DNA of 64,000 bases from an uncultured Chloroflexia bacterium (GTDB lineage: Bacteria; Chloroflexota; Chloroflexia; QHBQ01; JADMIH01): positions 448,001 through 512,000 of the forward strand of contig CAWCNY010000002.1 of assembly GCA_963797095.1 (NCBI GenBank), written 5' to 3'. Positions 1 to 9,513 of this stretch are shown here, piece by piece; position 1 is the stretch's first letter, and each line of letters begins with the position of its first letter. Both the position numbers and the translations under genes were made by a program. Under the pieces are notes generated by a model, which made no database searches, was not told the DNA's origin, and saw only the letters and a program-made list of their open reading frames with translations.

Positions 1-312
1 AACGAGCCTCCATTCCAGCCCGTGCCTCCTATCACCCTTGCCAACGCCCGCTGGTTCGACGTGACCCAGCACACGCTTGGCAACCCGTTCCTCAGCTACT
101 GGGAGAGCAATGGCGGGCTGCTGACTTTCGGCTACCCGCGCTCGGAAGCGTTTGAAGAGCCAAACCAGGCCAACGGCAAGACTTATCTTGTGCAGTACTT
201 TGAGCGCAACCGCATCGAATACCACCCGGAGAACGAGGGCACAAAATACGAGTTCGAATTGGGCCTGCTGGGGGTGGAGCAATTCAAGGAGTTCTACGGG
301 TTTACGCCGTGA
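1..312 (+). CDS. C-terminal part of an extracellular protein with a Chloroflexota-type 'YW..NGGL..FGYP.SE...YFER.R.EYHPEN' repeat domain (5' end outside window)
   Basis: ORF runs in from the window edge; motifs YWESNGGLLTFGYPRSE and QYFERNRIEYHPEN. Confidence 0.75.
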   Translation, partial: NEPPFQPVPPITLANARWFDVTQHTLGNPFLSYWESNGGLLTFGYPRSEAFEEPNQANGKTYLVQYFERNRIEYHPENEGTKYEFELGLLGVEQFKEFYGFTP

Positions 313-315
313 GGA

Positions 316-419
316 GTTCGAGGTTCCAAGTTGCTGGTTCCAAGTTCCTAGTTTCTTGTTCGTAGTTAGTCGCATTGTGTGAAGACGACAACCAGGAACT
401 AGGAACTTGGAACCAGCAA
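316..419. repeat. Inverted pair of heptamer arrays (GGTTCCA/GTTCCTA and AGGAACY) between convergent genes
   Basis: ttgctggttccaagttcctagtt ... aactaggaacttggaaccagcaa are reverse complements; could act as a bidirectional terminator. Confidence 0.8.
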
Positions 420-1061
420 TTAAATTACCACCGGGCTTGCAAAGAGCAGCACTATGTCGCCGCCTGAGAAGGAATAGTCGGTGTAGCCGCAGAAATTGAA
501 GCCCTGGCTCTTGCAGAACGATACGGCTGGGTGGTTCCTTGTGTGTAGCTCCAGCATGAAGGAGCGGACATTGAGGCCCTGGTTGTAGCGGGCCCAGCGG
601 CGAGCGGCAGCGAGCAGCATCGAGCCTATGCCCCTGCCTCGGACGGAGTTGTCTACAACCAGGGCGCTTACCCACCCTATACCCGACCCCCTAACTACCG
701 ACACGATGTTGTAGCCACAGACTCGTCCATCCAGGACGGCCACCTGCGCGAGGTCGGCGGTCTTCCACTGGCGCAACCGTTGTTGTAAAGCTGCTTCGTT
801 GCCGTCCTTCACCAATGTGGCTACAGGCCCCGTCACTCGCCTTGCCCTGGGCAAGCGTACGGGCCGGAAAGTCACACTGAGGGGGCTATCACCGAGAGTG
901 ACGCTGCTCGATAGGGTGTAGGGGGCAGCACCCGGTTCGCCGCGCGCCGGCTCTACCTGCCATGTATGCGTGGAGGCGTAGCTGTCGTCTATTTGCAGGC
1001 ATGCTTCAAGATCGCTCTCTTCGGCGGCGTGTATCTCGACTGGTTGGGCGGTGTTTCTCAT
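420..1061 (-). CDS. GNAT family N-acetyltransferase
   Basis: Acetyl-CoA motif VDNSVRGRGIGSMLL; N.PA..F....GF motif; TGCTATAAT extended -10 upstream. Confidence 0.85.
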   Translation of the reverse strand: MRNTAQPVEIHAAEESDLEACLQIDDSYASTHTWQVEPARGEPGAAPYTLSSSVTLGDSPLSVTFRPVRLPRARRVTGPVATLVKDGNEAALQQRLRQWKTADLAQVAVLDGRVCGYNIVSVVRGSGIGWVSALVVDNSVRGRGIGSMLLAAARRWARYNQGLNVRSFMLELHTRNHPAVSFCKSQGFNFCGYTDYSFSGGDIVLLFASPVVI

Positions 1062-1098
1062 CGTGATCCGGTAGCAGTGTTCCTAGAATTATAGCACA

Positions 1099-4000
1099 CT
1101 ACCTCTCGCCCATCGTCTCCAGCACGCCGGTTAGGATCTCGCCCCACCGTTCGCCCGCCTTCGCCCTGTCTATCCTTACTTGATGCGGGCTGACCTTCAC
1201 GAAGTTGCGGAACTTGCGCTGCAAGACCAGCCTTAACCCCTGAGGAATAGGCTCTTCCTGTGGGGTTTGCACCGTTATCTCCTGGGCCAGCGCCCTGATG
1301 CTCTCCACGCCCGCCGATACCGCAAGCCCTTTCAATCTCAGCACTTCAAGCAAGTTGGACGCAGGCTCCGGCAGCGCCCCGAACCTATCTTCCAGTTCTC
1401 TCCGCAAATCCTTGATCTGCGATTCGCTCATGCTGGCGGCCATGCGCTGGTACATGCGCAGCCTGACCGCGTCGTCCGGCACGTACTCCTCCGGCAGATA
1501 GGCAGTCAGTGGCAGGTCGAGTGACACAGTTGGCGGCTCCTCCAGATCGGGGTTGTGGAGCGTGCCTTGCGGGATTACGGGCATCACCGCGACCTCGTCT
1601 TCTGCCGTCCACTGCTCGTCTTCGCCTGCTGCTCTGCGCCTGTCCTCTTTCGCCTTGCGCCCGCGCTCGGCACGCGCCTTCTCTACAGCGGTGGCGAGGA
1701 GCCGGGTGTAGAGGTCGAGGCCGATTGCGGCCACGTGCCCGCTTTGCTCAGGCCCCAGCAGGTTGCCCGCGCCTCTGATCTCCAGGTCTTTCAGAGCGAT
1801 CCTGAAGCCCGCACCCAATTCCGTGGCCTGCTCGATTACGGAAAGCCTTTCGCGGGCGGTGTCGGTTACTTTTCGGCCAGCGTGATAGAGGAAATAGGCG
1901 TAGGCTCTGTTGGCCCCGCGCCCCACCCGGCCCCTCAACTGGTAGAGTTGAGCAAGGCCCAGCTTGTCCGCGTGGTCCACTACCAGCGTGTTAGCGTTCG
2001 GGATGTCCAGCCCCGACTCGATGATCGTTGTGCAAAGGAGCACGTCCGCATCGCCCCCCACGAACCTCTGCATTACCTTCTCAAGATGGTGTTCGGGCAT
2101 CTGGCCGTGTCCCACGATGAAGCGGGCCTCCGGCACCAGCGCCTCCATCTCCAGCAGCAGCTTATCTATCGTTTCGACCCGGTTGTGCACGAAGAATACC
2201 TGCCCTCCGCGCTCCAACTCCCTCAGGATCACTTCTCTTACAAGCTGCGGCCTGAATGCCGTGACGTATGTCTTGATCGGTAGCCTTGATTCCGGGGGAG
2301 TCTCGATCAGCGAGAGATCGCGCACACCTGAGACCGCCATATAAAGGGTGCGGGGGATCGGCGTGGCCGAGAGGGTGATCACGTCCACCTCTGAGCGAAG
2401 CTGCTTGAGGCGCTCTTTGTGGCGCACCCCGAACCTTTGCTCTTCGTCTATAACGACTAGCCCCAGGTTCTTGAAGTGGACGTTCTTCGATAGCAGCATG
2501 TGCGTGCCTACCAGGATGTCGATCTGCCCAGCTTCGAGGTCTTTTATGATCTGCTCCTGCTCTTTCCTGGACCTGAAGCGCGACAGCATACCCACCTTTA
2601 CGGGGAAGGCCGCCAGCCGCTCGGAGAAGGTGTTGTAATGTTGTTGGGCGAGCACCGTTGTGGGCACCAGCACACCCACCTGCCGACCGTCCATAACCGC
2701 CTTGAACGCTGCCCTCAGCGCCACCTCGGTCTTGCCGTAGCCAACGTCCCCGCAGATGAGGCGGTCCATAGGGCGCGCGACCTCCATATCGGTTTTGACT
2801 TCTTCGATGGCTCTCAACTGGTCGGGCGTCTCCACATAGGGGAAGCTATCCTCAAGCTCGATCTGCCAGGGCGTATCCTGCGGGTAGGCGTGGCCCGGTG
2901 CGGTCTCGCGGGCAGCGTAGAGGTTCAAAAGCTCCTTCGCCAGCAGTTCCGCGCTCTCCCTCACCTTGCGCTTGGTGCGCGACCATTCCTGCGTGCCAAG
3001 CCTGTGCAAATGAGGTGGTGGCCCTGCCCCGATGTAGGGCGCTACCCTGTCGGTCTGGTCGGCTGGCACGTAGAGCCTGTCGTTCTCGGCGTAGAGGAGG
3101 AGCATATACTCACGCTCGACGCCATCGCGGTCCATCCTGACCAGCCCGCCGTATTTGGCTATGCCGTGCTCTACGTGAACCACGTAATCGCCGACCTGCA
3201 ATTCGAGCAGCATCTTCTCGCGCAGGATGGCTGCGGCGTCAGCGGCGTTGGCCCTGCGCGCGGGCGTGCCCTGTGCCTGCCTGCGGAGGGCGCTGCTCCT
3301 GCCGAACAACTCGGCGTCGGTCAGCATGACCACCTCGGACTGGCCGAACTGGGGTAGCCGCCACCCCCCAGCCAGCGTGCCCTGCAACAGGTGTACCGAC
3401 CCAAGCGATGGTGGCGTAGTAAGGCTCTCCACGATCCCCTTGCCCCCGGCGGATAAGGCCACCTGTTCCACACCTACTATTTCCGCTCTTGGAGCTTGCG
3501 TTTTGGGCAGCAGACCGGTAGAGGTACGCGGTCCACGAAGAGTGTCGTCGTTCGTCGTTCGTCGTTCGTCCGCAAATGCTGACCCTTTGCGGATCGTAGG
3601 ATAGATATCGGCTTCCTCCAATAGCTCCCGCAGGCGCGCTGATTGCTGCGACACGATTACTATTCGCGCCTTACCGGCCAACAGGTCCGCGATATCTTCG
3701 ATGGCCGAGTCGATCCTGCCCGCGTAGAGGGACGGCATCTCGAACCGTGGGGCCTCCAGCGTGTTCCCTGGATCCTCTCCTGCCCCACCCACGTACAGGA
3801 TAGGCAACCCGCGTCCGTGTGTCGCCACCTCGTTCCATTCGAGATAGGGCCTCAAGAGGCCGGGCGGCAACTCGCCATTATCGACAAACCCTCTGTACAG
3901 GTCTGCCGCTTGCCTCTCGATCTCGCCTACTTCCAACGCAATCAGGTCGGGGTCGTCCAGCACTAACAGCGGACTCCCACCGCCATCGGCTGGGTCGTTG

Positions 4001-4932
4001 TTGGTCCAGATAGCCAGGTAGTCGGCCAGGCTGGCGGGAGGCCAGGTGTAGTAGGGCGCGAACAACTCCATACCCTCGAAGCTCTCCCCCATTTCGATCC
4101 GCTGTAGCTGCGCCTCCCATTCTTCGCGCACTTCTTCCCGGAGGCTAGAAGAACCGATCTCGCGCAGCTTCTCTACGGCGCTTTCTCGTCTCCAGAGCGG
4201 TATTTCGCAGGCCGGGGTAATGATCGCTCCCTCTGCCTGTCGCTCGGATCGTTGAGTGAGCGGGTTGAACACCCGTATTGAGTCGACCTCATCGCCGAAG
4301 AACTCGATCCTGATGGGCAGCGTGGAGGTGGGAGCGTAAATATCGACGATGCCGCCGCGCCTGCTGAACTGTCCAGGCGCATCTACCATCGCCACCGGTT
4401 CGTATCCCAGGTCTACCAGGTGGCCCAGGAGGTCGTGCAGGTTCACCCTTTCGCCGCGCCGCAACCTCCTCACCGCATAGGCCAGGTCGTCGGGGGCCAT
4501 CGTGGGCTGCATGAGGGCCAACACCGAGGTCACGATCACGGGCGCTGCTGGCCGTATATCTGCCAGTTCCCCTCTGTTTGCCCCCAGCGAAGCGAGCACG
4601 CGCAATCGCTCTCCCACTATGGTTGGGTCGGGCGCAATACGCTCGTAGGGGAGCAGGTCGGGCGCGGGAAAGAGGTAGAGAGGCGTACCCGGCGGTGAAT
4701 AGGCCAGCAATCCCTCGTAAAGCTGCCGCGCCCGGTCGGGCCTGGGCGTCACCAGGATCACGGGCCTGCCCTGCGTGCCTGTTACGTCTGCGTGCAAGGC
4801 CGCGAGCAAGTAGGGCCGCGCGGCGTCAAGAGGCGCACTGCTCCGTACATTCTCTCCTGAGGCAACGGCGCGCGCTAAAGCCCCGTAACCCGGCTGGTCA
4901 TATAGAAGTGGAAGCAATCCCGAAAGCGACAT
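1099..4932 (-). CDS. mfd: Transcription-repair coupling factor Mfd
   Basis: UvrB-homology RRGGIVDI; RID VVHVEHGIAKY; helicase motifs GDVGYGKT, DEEQRFG, SATPIPRT, QLRGRVGR; TRG DLEIRGAGNLLG; C-terminal TRCF domain. Confidence 0.98.
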   Translation of the reverse strand: MSLSGLLPLLYDQPGYGALARAVASGENVRSSAPLDAARPYLLAALHADVTGTQGRPVILVTPRPDRARQLYEGLLAYSPPGTPLYLFPAPDLLPYERIAPDPTIVGERLRVLASLGANRGELADIRPAAPVIVTSVLALMQPTMAPDDLAYAVRRLRRGERVNLHDLLGHLVDLGYEPVAMVDAPGQFSRRGGIVDIYAPTSTLPIRIEFFGDEVDSIRVFNPLTQRSERQAEGAIITPACEIPLWRRESAVEKLREIGSSSLREEVREEWEAQLQRIEMGESFEGMELFAPYYTWPPASLADYLAIWTNNDPADGGGSPLLVLDDPDLIALEVGEIERQAADLYRGFVDNGELPPGLLRPYLEWNEVATHGRGLPILYVGGAGEDPGNTLEAPRFEMPSLYAGRIDSAIEDIADLLAGKARIVIVSQQSARLRELLEEADIYPTIRKGSAFADERRTTNDDTLRGPRTSTGLLPKTQAPRAEIVGVEQVALSAGGKGIVESLTTPPSLGSVHLLQGTLAGGWRLPQFGQSEVVMLTDAELFGRSSALRRQAQGTPARRANAADAAAILREKMLLELQVGDYVVHVEHGIAKYGGLVRMDRDGVEREYMLLLYAENDRLYVPADQTDRVAPYIGAGPPPHLHRLGTQEWSRTKRKVRESAELLAKELLNLYAARETAPGHAYPQDTPWQIELEDSFPYVETPDQLRAIEEVKTDMEVARPMDRLICGDVGYGKTEVALRAAFKAVMDGRQVGVLVPTTVLAQQHYNTFSERLAAFPVKVGMLSRFRSRKEQEQIIKDLEAGQIDILVGTHMLLSKNVHFKNLGLVVIDEEQRFGVRHKERLKQLRSEVDVITLSATPIPRTLYMAVSGVRDLSLIETPPESRLPIKTYVTAFRPQLVREVILRELERGGQVFFVHNRVETIDKLLLEMEALVPEARFIVGHGQMPEHHLEKVMQRFVGGDADVLLCTTIIESGLDIPNANTLVVDHADKLGLAQLYQLRGRVGRGANRAYAYFLYHAGRKVTDTARERLSVIEQATELGAGFRIALKDLEIRGAGNLLGPEQSGHVAAIGLDLYTRLLATAVEKARAERGRKAKEDRRRAAGEDEQWTAEDEVAVMPVIPQGTLHNPDLEEPPTVSLDLPLTAYLPEEYVPDDAVRLRMYQRMAASMSESQIKDLRRELEDRFGALPEPASNLLEVLRLKGLAVSAGVESIRALAQEITVQTPQEEPIPQGLRLVLQRKFRNFVKVSPHQVRIDRAKAGERWGEILTGVLETMGER

Positions 4933-4959
4933 AGCTTATTACTGATGAGAGATGCCTTG

Positions 4960-5748
4960 CTATTCCCCTCGGATGATACGGGCTATACGCTCTCGTATCG
5001 AATCTATCGAAATTTCCTCTTTGGTGCTGTCCGAAGGGCCTGTAGGAGTTTCACCGGATGGTTCCTTTGCTCCGTGTACCCGCCCCTTCACTGACCCAAA
5101 CTCTCGCCTTGACTCGCCCTTCGTGGGCTTGTCGTCCTTTCCGTTGGTCGCTGGGCCAGTGTTGTAGGTGTTCATCGCTCTTTCGATGCCTATCTTGAAG
5201 ACGGCCTCGACCGCCTCCGTCGCGCGCTTGATCGTCTCTTCGACCAGAGGCTGTTCTTCCTTCATGAAGCGCCCAAGTACCCAGTCGATCTGGCTGTGGC
5301 GAGGGTCAGCCGGGCGGTCCACACCCACCCTTATTCGCGGGATGGCCTCGGTGCCCATGTGCGAGATCACGCTTTTTACGCCGTTGTGGCCCGCCGACGA
5401 GCCTTTCTCGCGGATGCGTATGGTGCCTACGGGGAGCGCGATATCGTCATAGATGATCAGGACTTTTTCGTTCGGCACCTTGTAGTAGGAGGCGAGAGCG
5501 CGGACCGATGTACCGCTGTTGTTCATGAATGTCTGCGGCTTGGCGAGGATCACTTTCTCGCCAGCGATATCGCCCCTGGCTATTTCGGCGTTGCCTTGCT
5601 TGCTTGAGAAGCGGAGGCCGTGCTTGCGGGCAAGTTCATCGACCACCATGAACCCGATGTTGTGGCGCGTGGCGGCATAGCGAGGCCCGGGGTTGCCCAG
5701 CCCCACGATCAAATATGGCGTATTGGTTTGGGTGAGTTTTTTCTCCAC
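4960..5748 (-). CDS. pth: Peptidyl-tRNA hydrolase with a C-terminal extension
   Basis: LIVGLGNPG..Y..TRHNIGF, KPQTFMN.SG, GSSAGHNG; pth-mfd order; TATAAT about 8 nt upstream of the GTG. Confidence 0.96.
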   Translation of the reverse strand: MEKKLTQTNTPYLIVGLGNPGPRYAATRHNIGFMVVDELARKHGLRFSSKQGNAEIARGDIAGEKVILAKPQTFMNNSGTSVRALASYYKVPNEKVLIIYDDIALPVGTIRIREKGSSAGHNGVKSVISHMGTEAIPRIRVGVDRPADPRHSQIDWVLGRFMKEEQPLVEETIKRATEAVEAVFKIGIERAMNTYNTGPATNGKDDKPTKGESRREFGSVKGRVHGAKEPSGETPTGPSDSTKEEISIDSIRERIARIIRGE

Positions 5749-5880
5749 AGCTTTTCATTATACAAGTTGGTATTGTGACATGTCTAATCCTCTTTTGGTT
5801 ATTCCAGGGGGATGCAGAGTCAGATAAAGAGGTAGGAAAGGCCACCCATCTAGGCCCTTGTCATTCTGAACGACCACAGC

Positions 5881-6866
5881 TTGCAGGTATTGGATGTCGA
5901 TCTGAGCGGCCAGCCCTGCGGCCCCAAGGCTGCCTTTGCCACCAAGGGCTACTTTGCTCGCCAGCGCAACCGTCGTGGCCGCCAACTCGGTCGGGTGGTA
6001 GCCAGCCGCTACAATGAGATTGTCGTGGACCGCCTCTTCCCTGGCACCACCCAACTGAACACCGCCTTGAGTGGCCTGCTGCAAGGGGCCGAAGCAAGTC
6101 TTGAACTGGACGAGGCACGTCGCAATCGGACGCTGGTGCGGGTAGATGCTGGCGGTGGCAGCCAGGCGGACCTCAACTGGTTGATGGCGCGAGGCTATCA
6201 AGTGCTGGGTAAGGAGTACTCGACCAAGCGTGCTCGTAAACTGGCTGGGAGCGTGAGCGAATGGGTGGTGGACCCCCACCACCCAGGGCGGGAGATGGGT
6301 TGGGTCACGGTGCCCCCCGAGCGAGTACGTGCGGCCCGTGGTACGCATCGCGGTGCGCTGCAAGAAGGCCAACGGGCAGTGGGCTGTGGGTGTGCTGATC
6401 ACGACGCTGTCGGAGGCAGAGGTGGTGGCGGCGCGGAAGTTGGCGAGGGTGTGTGAGGGAGACGAGCACAGCGTGCTGAGGGCCTACGTCTACCTGTACG
6501 ACGAACGCGGCGGCGCAGCAGAGACGACGTTCAAGGAAGATAACCAGGGGTTGGGGCACAGACAGCGGAGCAAGAAGCGGTTCGAAGCGCAGCAGATGGC
6601 CGGCTACCTGACGACGTTGGCGCACAACGTGTTGGTCTGGGTGCGCAACTGGTTGAGTCCAGGAGCGCCACGGCTGCGGCAGTATGGGTTGAAACGCTTG
6701 GTACGCGATGTGTGGCAGATCAGCGGTGCAGTCGAAGTGGACGCGAGTGGAGCGATCCACCGCATCATACTGAATGAGGCCAACGCTTTGGCGCGTCATC
6801 TTGTGCTTGCTCTGCAAAGTTTACTCCAACAACAGCATGTGGTCGTTACTTTGGGCGAAATCTAGG
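5881..6866 (+). mobile_element. 5'-truncated, frameshifted DDE transposase remnant, IS1380-like
   Basis: Overlapping ORFs 5881-6456 and 6329-6865 join if the C6 run at 6313-6318 loses one base; RVDAGGG and Y..RGGAAETTFKEDNQGLG motifs; stop codon within the terminal ...GAAATCTAGG. Confidence 0.75.
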
Positions 6867-7025
6867 TAACTAAATGGCAATAGAGGGGTAAAACGGGACG
6901 CTTTTTCGGGTGTACTTTCGGGTACATTTTTGAGGATGTGGTTATCGTGGGAAGATCGCCAGGACAATGCTTTGCTGACCTCCCAAGACCCCACTCCAAC
7001 CCCTCCCCGAATCTCGGGGAGGGGC

Positions 7026-7080
7026 GTTCTAAAGGGAGCGAAAATGGCGGCGCAGCCGCCATTTTCGCTCCCTTTAGAAC
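7026..7080. repeat. Perfect 26-bp inverted repeat with a 3-nt loop, next to a CCCCTCCCC..GGGGAGGGG REP-like hairpin
   Basis: gttctaaagggagcgaaaatggcggc-gca-gccgccattttcgctccctttagaac. Confidence 0.9.
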
Positions 7081-7276
7081 CAGATTGCACGCCTGCGAAC
7101 CTACTTGTAGATTCGTGATATCTCTGGATTTAGCAGCCCCTACTTTGGTAAGCGGAGGGCGTGTTGAACATGGGTTGGGTTTGTGCTAAAATGGGCCTCC
7201 AACGCCGGGGTCTTGTACATTCGGCGTGGTGGCAGTACATGCTCCCGGCTCTTCACTCTAGTCAGGAAACCCGCCC

Positions 7277-8431
7277 ATGCTTACACTTACTTTGCCTTTT
7301 AGTCTTGGCGTTTTGCAGACCGCTGTTCGTAGGTATCTCTCGCAACCATCCGCCGAGTTGGGCGACATCGTGCCGCGACGGCTGGGCGGGGGCTTCTCAG
7401 GAAGCCCAGTTTACCGGCTCAAGGTGAGCTATTATGGAGGAAACGGGGATGTTGGCGAGCTAAATTTGGTGTACAAGGAGGGCACACAGTGGGCGGGCGC
7501 TCTCACCGCCGAGGCGGCGCGCCGCGAGGTCCACTTCTACCGGACACTTGCTCCTTACCTTCCCGTGCGCACGCCCCGGATCCTCCTTACTGCACACGAT
7601 ACGCCCGCCGGTGCGGGTGGGTCGCCTGAGGGGATATCTACAGGCCTCGGCACACGAGCCGCCCCCCTGCCCGATTTCTCCGGCCCGGATTGGTTTCTAT
7701 TGGAGGCCCTGCCGACCGAGGCCGTGTGGCCGCAGGCTACCTGGACGGAGCGGCATTATCGCGAAGCCCTTACTGCCCTGGCCGATCTACATGCCCAATG
7801 GTGGGACCGCCCTCCCGACCCTGTTACACACCCGTGGATATGGACGCCTACAGGTGGGCACTCGTGTTCGCTGGCGCGGGACGCACACGAGGCTTTTCTG
7901 GAGATTGAGGGTGCAGCATGGGCCAACGAGTTCTTCTCGCGTGAGGAGTTGCGGGCGTGGTTGGATATAACGTCCGACCCTTCGCCTCTGCTCGGTATTC
8001 TGAACGCCATGCCGCACACGCTTATTCATGGCGACTATTGGCCCGGCAATATTGCACTGCAGCCAGGCTTGCATCACGATCCTGAAGGCGGCGCTCCCGC
8101 TGTGTTCGACTGGCAGTTCGCGGGCGTTGGCCCCTCCGCCTACGACCTTGCTTGCTTCCACTCGACATCGCGGTGGTGGTTTGGCAACCTCCCTCTTTCT
8201 TTGGCCGAGATGCGCCGCCACTACCTGTCTCGCCTCAACGATTTGCTCGACGTTCGCATAGACCGCGCTCTCTTTGACCTTTCGCTCGATGCTGCCCGCG
8301 CCTGGCGCTTCGCCACTTTCTGGTCTCATGCTATCCTGCAATACAGGGTCTATCTCCTGGCCCGCCGCTCCTACATGCAAACGACCTTGCTCGCGCCCGC
8401 GCTGGCCTCGCTTCGGCGCTGCCTGGACTGA
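7277..8431 (+). CDS. Aminoglycoside phosphotransferase / choline kinase-like protein
   Basis: GGGFSGS loop; REVHFY; Brenner motif HGDYWPGN; DWQ. Confidence 0.85.
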   Translation: MLTLTLPFSLGVLQTAVRRYLSQPSAELGDIVPRRLGGGFSGSPVYRLKVSYYGGNGDVGELNLVYKEGTQWAGALTAEAARREVHFYRTLAPYLPVRTPRILLTAHDTPAGAGGSPEGISTGLGTRAAPLPDFSGPDWFLLEALPTEAVWPQATWTERHYREALTALADLHAQWWDRPPDPVTHPWIWTPTGGHSCSLARDAHEAFLEIEGAAWANEFFSREELRAWLDITSDPSPLLGILNAMPHTLIHGDYWPGNIALQPGLHHDPEGGAPAVFDWQFAGVGPSAYDLACFHSTSRWWFGNLPLSLAEMRRHYLSRLNDLLDVRIDRALFDLSLDAARAWRFATFWSHAILQYRVYLLARRSYMQTTLLAPALASLRRCLD

Positions 8432-8452
8432 CCACCGAGGAATCGAGTCCCA

Positions 8453-9469
8453 ATGTCTATCTCGCACGAACAGGCCAGCTACTTCGCCGCCCTGGCCTTG
8501 CACGGCATCCACCGCGAGTATCCGAACAAGCTGGACCATGTAATCAACGGGGAGCGTGACCTGCAAAGCCCGCGCACACTCCATCCTGCCTTCTATGGGT
8601 GTTTTGACTGGCATTCGTCGGTACATGGGCATTGGATGCTGGTGCGGTTGCTGCGAACGCTGCCTGATTGGCCGGATGCACAGGGCGTGCGTGCCTCCCT
8701 TGCCGAGAACCTGACGGAGAGCAACTTGCAGGCGGAGTTAGCTTATCTCCGGGGCGAGAACAGGCGGTCGTTCGAGAGGACGTATGGATGGGCATGGCTG
8801 CTCAAGCTGGCCGAGGAACTCCACACCTGGGACGACCCACAGGGACAGGAATGGGCGAGGTATATACAGCCTTTGGCCGATGCCTTCGCCGACCTGTATC
8901 TTAGCTTCTTGCCCAAGCAGACCTACCCCATACGGGTTGGCACTCACCCCAACACCGCGTTCGGCATAGCGTTCGCGCTCGATTACGCTCGCACAATGTC
9001 CTATGAGGCTCTTGAAACGCTTCTTATGGAGAGGGCGTTGCATTACTTTTCGGGTGACCGCGATTACCCGGCTCGCTGGGAGCCGAACGGCAACGACTTC
9101 TTCTCGCCTTCGCTGATCGAGGCCGACCTGATGCGTCGCGTGCTCTCTCATGACGATTTCGCCGGGTGGTTCCACGGCTTTTTGCCTGATGTGGCGCAAG
9201 GTGAGCCGTCCAACCTGCTCACCCCGGCCCATGTGTCGGACCGAACCGACCCTCAGATCGTGCACCTGGATGGACTCAATTTGACGCGGGCGCGGTGTAT
9301 GCGAGGTATTGCCGCCGCGCTACCCGATGATGACCCTGCACGCCCCATCTTGCTTGAATCGGCCCAAAGGCACGCAGAAGCCAGCCTCCCCCATATCGCC
9401 AGCGGCGACTACATGGGTGAGCACTGGCTCGCTTCGTTTGCAGTGTATTTGGTGACGAGTGACGAGTGA
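8453..9469 (+). CDS. DUF2891 family protein
   Basis: HPAFYGCFDWHSSVHGHW, FERTYGWAW, HLDGLNL, Y.GEHWLASFA. Confidence 0.9.
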   Translation: MSISHEQASYFAALALHGIHREYPNKLDHVINGERDLQSPRTLHPAFYGCFDWHSSVHGHWMLVRLLRTLPDWPDAQGVRASLAENLTESNLQAELAYLRGENRRSFERTYGWAWLLKLAEELHTWDDPQGQEWARYIQPLADAFADLYLSFLPKQTYPIRVGTHPNTAFGIAFALDYARTMSYEALETLLMERALHYFSGDRDYPARWEPNGNDFFSPSLIEADLMRRVLSHDDFAGWFHGFLPDVAQGEPSNLLTPAHVSDRTDPQIVHLDGLNLTRARCMRGIAAALPDDDPARPILLESAQRHAEASLPHIASGDYMGEHWLASFAVYLVTSDE

Positions 9470-9513
9470 CGAGAAGAGGTTCCGACTACCGACTACCGAC
9501 TACCGACTACCGG
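9452..9513. repeat. Heptamer arrays (GACGAGT)n and (CCGACTA)n that supply the 3' ends of both convergent genes
   Basis: gtgacgagtgacgagtgacgag and ccgactaccgactaccgactaccgactacc. Confidence 0.85.
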
